Positions 60,107-64,000 of a stretch of 64,000 bases of DNA are shown piece after piece. A program made the translations under genes and the position numbers. Within the stretch, counting starts at the first letter, position 1. Each line of letters opens with the position of its first letter. The notes under the pieces are model-generated. The model was not told where the DNA came from. It made no database searches and saw nothing but the letters and a program-made list of their open reading frames with translations. This DNA comes from an uncultured Bacteroides sp. GTDB lineage: Bacteria; Bacteroidota; Bacteroidia; Bacteroidales; UBA11471. The DNA lies in contig OZ007034.1 in NCBI GenBank assembly GCA_963931635.1, forward strand, positions 409,285-473,284. The letters are read 5' to 3'.

Positions 60107-63100
60107 CTATTCCCGATAAAGCAGCGAGACGGGGCCCGCTATGCCCGAGGCAACCAGCGTATCGGCCGGGGTAACAATTTCGGGGTAGGCATAGGTTATG
60201 CGTTCATCGGCCGGTCGTGAAGCATCGCCTATCATGCGATTCATCAGCGAATTGGCTACATACAGTTCGAGCACATTATCGCCGTCGTGCACAAACGGGG
60301 TGAGGTCTACCTCCCAAGGAGAGCACCACACAATACCCGCCTCCCGGCCGTTTACCACCACACGGGACACTGCACCAAGCGACGAGAAACGCAGACAGAC
60401 CCTTTCGCGGGCATCGTGACGCTGCACCGTCAGCTGACCCCGATAAAGAGCCGTTCCCGAATAATATCTGATGCGTGCATCGGCATGCGTCGTCCAGTCG
60501 GTCAGCGTATGGAACACGACCTCTCCGGGCCCTCCCTTGGCGGGGTCGAAATATACCTGCCACGGGCCGTCAACCTCGACCACCCGCTCCCGGCACAACC
60601 ACCGGGCAGCCGGCAACGTATCGGAGGGCGCGTCGGCAAGTACCACAAAACAGGCCTCTCGCGGAGCCAATTCAAGAGGCAATGCCACGGTACCATCGTT
60701 CATGGGCAACGCCGGCACGGCATAGCGACGGCCATCGACCGGATTCCACAACTGAGCCTGTCGATAGGCCGAACGGAATATCATCGTATCGGACAATGGC
60801 CGTTGGGTGTGATTGTCGAGAAAATAGATATCGGCATCGTCCAGCCGACGGTGTGCGAAATAGAGTTTTCCCCTCTTTACATCGCCATGCATCAGGGCCA
60901 GGTCGGGCGTAAGGCCCGCCTCGGCCACCGCTTCGTGCAAAGACATTCCCCAATACACCGTACCCCGTCCATAGGAACGGCGGCCCTGCGATACAGGGGT
61001 CTCTCCCCAAAGAGCGGCCACCCACCGGCGGTACTCCTCGTCGCAAGTCAGGTCGACATGAGAGGGCGAACCCGTAGGCCGCGGCCCGTACACCGGGACA
61101 CCGGCCTCGACAAAGGAGGCAATCTTCTTCAAGGCTGCCAGCGTCAGCTCACCGTTACGAGGCAAAATGACCATGCGATAACTCATGCCGTCGGGCAGGA
61201 TCACTCGTCCGTCGCGGGCCTCCATACGGCGAAACAGGGCATCGGATGTAAAAGCGTCGAAATCATATCCGGAAGGAATCTCGGGCAACCGGTAGGTGAG
61301 AATCTTCACGGGAGCATTCTCCCCCAGATAGACCGCCAGGTCGACCACCGGCCGCCCCTGCCGCATGAGATAGGCGCAGCGAGCCTGATAATCCCAGAAC
61401 GGGCGGCTGTATGGCCAGAAGGTATTGTTGCGGTTGAGACAGTAATGACGGCCACCTCCCGTATTGCCCGGCACGCTGTCGAGCCACGGCTGGTAGGCCG
61501 ACGCACAGACAACAAACTCGTTGATGCCGAAACAGTAGGCATAGTCGGCCAGCGATTTGAGATAGGCCGGCGAGTGGGCAAACTTGGCATCGGTAAACGC
61601 CTCGCCCGAGGCTATCGGTTTTGCATAAAGATGGGCGGCCGAGGAACACTCCTTGATGTCATAATTGCCATCGGGGTGAATGGCCCAAAATTCGCCCTGA
61701 GGCTTGGCCACCCGACCTTTGGCCTGTATGGGGTCGGCCACGATGCAAAGCGCATTCCCGGTGGCCTGCGCGGTAAAATCGAGGCCCCGCTCCCGGCACA
61801 ACCGGTCGAATGTAGCATAATAATTATCGGCTATGAGGTCGGCAATGGTACGCCGCACGTCGTACAGAAATGCCTCCGACTCCTGCGACGAACCCACGAC
61901 ATAACCGGCCATCACCGGCAAATACTTTTTCAGGTCATAACCGCGTCGGACCCGAAATTCGCGGTCGAAATCGGGGGTCCAGTTCTGCGAACCGGCCTCG
62001 TGGCTGTCCATCGCCATGCCCTGCAAAGCGATACCGTGTCGGGTGAGGGTGTCGGCGATTGCGCCGAAATAGTGCCGCCACTGACACTCAGCTGCCTCGA
62101 CCGACATCTTGTCGCACTCCAATCCCAGCAGATTGGGACGTCCGTGCTTGGTCTTGCTCCCCGTAGGTACGTGCGTTACACGCAGCACCGTCCAAAGCCC
62201 TTCGGGCGCCTGCCAGCGCAACATGCCATCGTCGTCGAGCAAGGCGGTAAGGTCGATGACCGATGCGGTGTCGACAACCTCCGACCGTGAATAATGAGGT
62301 GTCGCACCGGCTTCGATATACTCGGCATAGAGCCCCGACTTCTCTTCCCAACAGTCGACTGCGGCCTTCGACGAGAGACAAACGTCGCCCAACTGCATGG
62401 CCAGGCGCGGCTTGTCGGGTGTCGTCCAGTCGTGCAGGTTCAGGCGGAAATAGCGCCCCGTAACCGCCGGAAAAGAGACCGTCTTCTGCTTCCACGACGA
62501 GTGAGCCCGATACACCGGCAAGAGGTCGCACACGGACCGATAATGGTGCCCGTCGTCAGAGACTTCAAGCTGTCCCAGCGGAGGCAGCACCTGGTAGCCG
62601 GTGCCGACAAACGTGTCGGCCGGTGGGCCGGGCACATTGGTCGCACTGGTGGTAGCCTTTCCGCGAGGAGCTACCTGGTAAGTGAGACTGCGGGCGGTAA
62701 ACTCCCGGCCAAAATCGAGATACACATAGACCGACGTTCCTTTTTCGGGTACGGGTATCGAGGTCAACTTCACTCCGGGACGGAACAGCGATTCGACGGG
62801 TAGCGTCGGCAGATTGGACGACACGCGGGGGCGAAGCGAACGACTGTCTTCACTCCCCGCCGACGATGCCGGAAAAGCCAAGACTGCTATATCTTTATAA
62901 TAAGACGACGAGGGTCGCGGCAACTTCACCTCTACCGACCGCCCCCCGGCAAGCACGGTATCGACCGCAGCAACCCGCTGCATACCCATCTCGGGTGTAA
63001 TCCAGGGACCGCCGGCCACATAGCCGTTGGAGACATGACATTCAAAGGTGAGCCCCAGCCGCTCGGCCTCCCGGGCCGAGAAAATCAGCATCTCCCACCA

Positions 63101-63385
63101 CTCGGGCGAGAAGGCATCAAGAGCCCGGGGCGTTTTCTTGTTATGCACCTGATCGTAATAGACCACGCCTCCGACACCGGCGCGGCGATAGGCTTCCAGG
63201 TCGGCCGTAATCCCCACACGGGTAGTCTCGGTTTCGCCATGAAACCACCACACCTTGGTACGGGTCGAGTCGGGAGGGGTCGTAAAAACGGCAGCCACCT
63301 CGTCGAGCGTCGCAGAATGACTGTTTCTATCAGGTGCACAAGAACAAAAAACCAACAATAATGAACAGGCAACAAAATATTTCAT
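60107..63385 (-). CDS. Large lipoprotein glycoside hydrolase (GH106-like alpha-L-rhamnosidase family, tentative)
   Basis: Lipobox MKYFVACSLLLVFCSC. The N-terminal KVWWFHGETETTRVGITADLEAYRRAGVGGVVYYDQ and the C-terminal GH2-like sugar-binding module resemble Bacteroides GH106-type enzymes. The family call is from memory. Confidence 0.6.
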   Translation of the reverse strand: MKYFVACSLLLVFCSCAPDRNSHSATLDEVAAVFTTPPDSTRTKVWWFHGETETTRVGITADLEAYRRAGVGGVVYYDQVHNKKTPRALDAFSPEWWEMLIFSAREAERLGLTFECHVSNGYVAGGPWITPEMGMQRVAAVDTVLAGGRSVEVKLPRPSSSYYKDIAVLAFPASSAGSEDSRSLRPRVSSNLPTLPVESLFRPGVKLTSIPVPEKGTSVYVYLDFGREFTARSLTYQVAPRGKATTSATNVPGPPADTFVGTGYQVLPPLGQLEVSDDGHHYRSVCDLLPVYRAHSSWKQKTVSFPAVTGRYFRLNLHDWTTPDKPRLAMQLGDVCLSSKAAVDCWEEKSGLYAEYIEAGATPHYSRSEVVDTASVIDLTALLDDDGMLRWQAPEGLWTVLRVTHVPTGSKTKHGRPNLLGLECDKMSVEAAECQWRHYFGAIADTLTRHGIALQGMAMDSHEAGSQNWTPDFDREFRVRRGYDLKKYLPVMAGYVVGSSQESEAFLYDVRRTIADLIADNYYATFDRLCRERGLDFTAQATGNALCIVADPIQAKGRVAKPQGEFWAIHPDGNYDIKECSSAAHLYAKPIASGEAFTDAKFAHSPAYLKSLADYAYCFGINEFVVCASAYQPWLDSVPGNTGGGRHYCLNRNNTFWPYSRPFWDYQARCAYLMRQGRPVVDLAVYLGENAPVKILTYRLPEIPSGYDFDAFTSDALFRRMEARDGRVILPDGMSYRMVILPRNGELTLAALKKIASFVEAGVPVYGPRPTGSPSHVDLTCDEEYRRWVAALWGETPVSQGRRSYGRGTVYWGMSLHEAVAEAGLTPDLALMHGDVKRGKLYFAHRRLDDADIYFLDNHTQRPLSDTMIFRSAYRQAQLWNPVDGRRYAVPALPMNDGTVALPLELAPREACFVVLADAPSDTLPAARWLCRERVVEVDGPWQVYFDPAKGGPGEVVFHTLTDWTTHADARIRYYSGTALYRGQLTVQRHDARERVCLRFSSLGAVSRVVVNGREAGIVWCSPWEVDLTPFVHDGDNVLELYVANSLMNRMIGDASRPADERITYAYPEIVTPADTLVASGIAGPVSLLYRE

Positions 63386-63594
63386 GGTATATCACAAAAA
63401 TCTTCTGCGAAAATAATACAAAAAGACGTTAGTCCAAAAGAAACCACCCATGCGCCGCAAGAGCAACAACAGATGGAGTAAACAACCCAAAAAATATTCC
63501 CGGGATATTTTTCAGACAGAAACTACCCGTGAAAAGGCAAGAAAACGGGAATGAAAAATTTTCAGGAAAAGTTTTGTATTACAGATAAAAAGCG

Positions 63595-63602
63595 TACCTT
63601 TG
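63595..63602 (+). promoter_or_regulatory. -7 promoter box TACCTTTG upstream of rplM
   Basis: Exact TAnnTTTG with a TTTG 18 nt upstream (63573-63576). It lies about 113 nt before the rplM start. Confidence 0.5.
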
Positions 63603-63715
63603 CAGTCCGATTATTACCACAAAAGCAACCCGACGTAACAACGGCAGCCGTCCTTTGGCCTGGATGTTGCCGATAAGTGCGTCAATAAGTAATTAACAAT
63701 TAAAGAATTAACAAA

Positions 63716-64000
63716 GTGGATACGTTAAGTTACAAAACCATTTCGGTGAACAAGGCAACCGCCCAAAAAGAGTGGGTTGTGGTAGATGCCACCGGCCAAT
63801 CTCTGGGTCGCATCGCTGCCAAGGTAGCCAAACTCCTGAGAGGAAAATACAAACCCAGCTACACTCCTCACGTAGACTGTGGCGACAATGTCATCATCAT
63901 CAATGCCGACAAAGTGGAACTTACCGGCAAAAAATGGAATGACCGTATATATATTCGTTTCACGGGTTATCCCGGCGGCCAACACCTGCATACACCGGCC
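63716..64000 (+). CDS. rplM: 50S ribosomal protein L13, partial (runs off window end)
   Basis: My own translation from the GTG at 63716 reads [67 protein letters not shown]... This is canonical L13. It is not in the ORF track because there is no stop in the window. Confidence 0.9.
   Translation, partial: MDTLSYKTISVNKATAQKEWVVVDATGQSLGRIAAKVAKLLRGKYKPSYTPHVDCGDNVIIINADKVELTGKKWNDRIYIRFTGYPGGQHLHTPA

Noticed and set aside
60287-62290. 667-aa plus-strand ORF inside the glycoside hydrolase gene. Similar cases are 47265-48779 opposite pgi, 8706-10376 opposite GT2/murQ, 13305-14642 opposite the symporter and 6708-7859 opposite ampG.
   Set aside because: All are antisense to ORFs with strong family motifs, are Arg/Gly/His-rich, and lack start context. 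I treat them as non-coding.

Overview
This is a chromosomal segment from a Bacteroidota (Bacteroidales-like) genome. The assignment rests on a SusC-type receptor, exact TAnnTTTG -7 promoter boxes, no Shine-Dalgarno usage and the gene content. Most of the window is densely packed housekeeping genes:
- MurF, an orphan ECF sigma factor, and a seven-gene MurNAc/muropeptide scavenging operon (SSS transporter, SpoIID/LytB, MurK-like kinase, MurQ, GT2, DUF4922, AmpG).
- TonB-ExbD-ExbB, PdxJ, NadK, rimP-nusA-infB, CvpA and sufBCDS.
- Pgi, SecA, LysS, GpsA, SlyD, an RluB-type pseudouridine synthase, AsnS, a large lipoprotein glycoside hydrolase, and the start of rplM.
- Two tRNAs, Asp-GUC and Gly-CCC.

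The unusual part is 30.3-47.2 kb. Intact phage-morphogenesis-like genes sit there in two blocks. They comprise a full-length large terminase, a portal-like protein, 868-aa and 1079-aa orphan proteins, and three small ORFs. A visibly AT-richer islet (duplicated PEGA-like lipoproteins plus about 0.8 kb of ORF-free DNA) and the core rplU-rpmA operon separate the two blocks. I could not recognise an integrase, repressor, lysis, capsid or tail gene anywhere in the window.

The 1079-aa ORF carries a near-perfect mosaic tandem repeat built from 201-bp and 99-bp modules. Next to tRNA-Gly there is a tandem array of three tiny two-TM-helix ORFs. No rRNA, CRISPR array, IS element or transposase was seen.

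All functional calls come from reading the translated motifs by eye. No database search was run.
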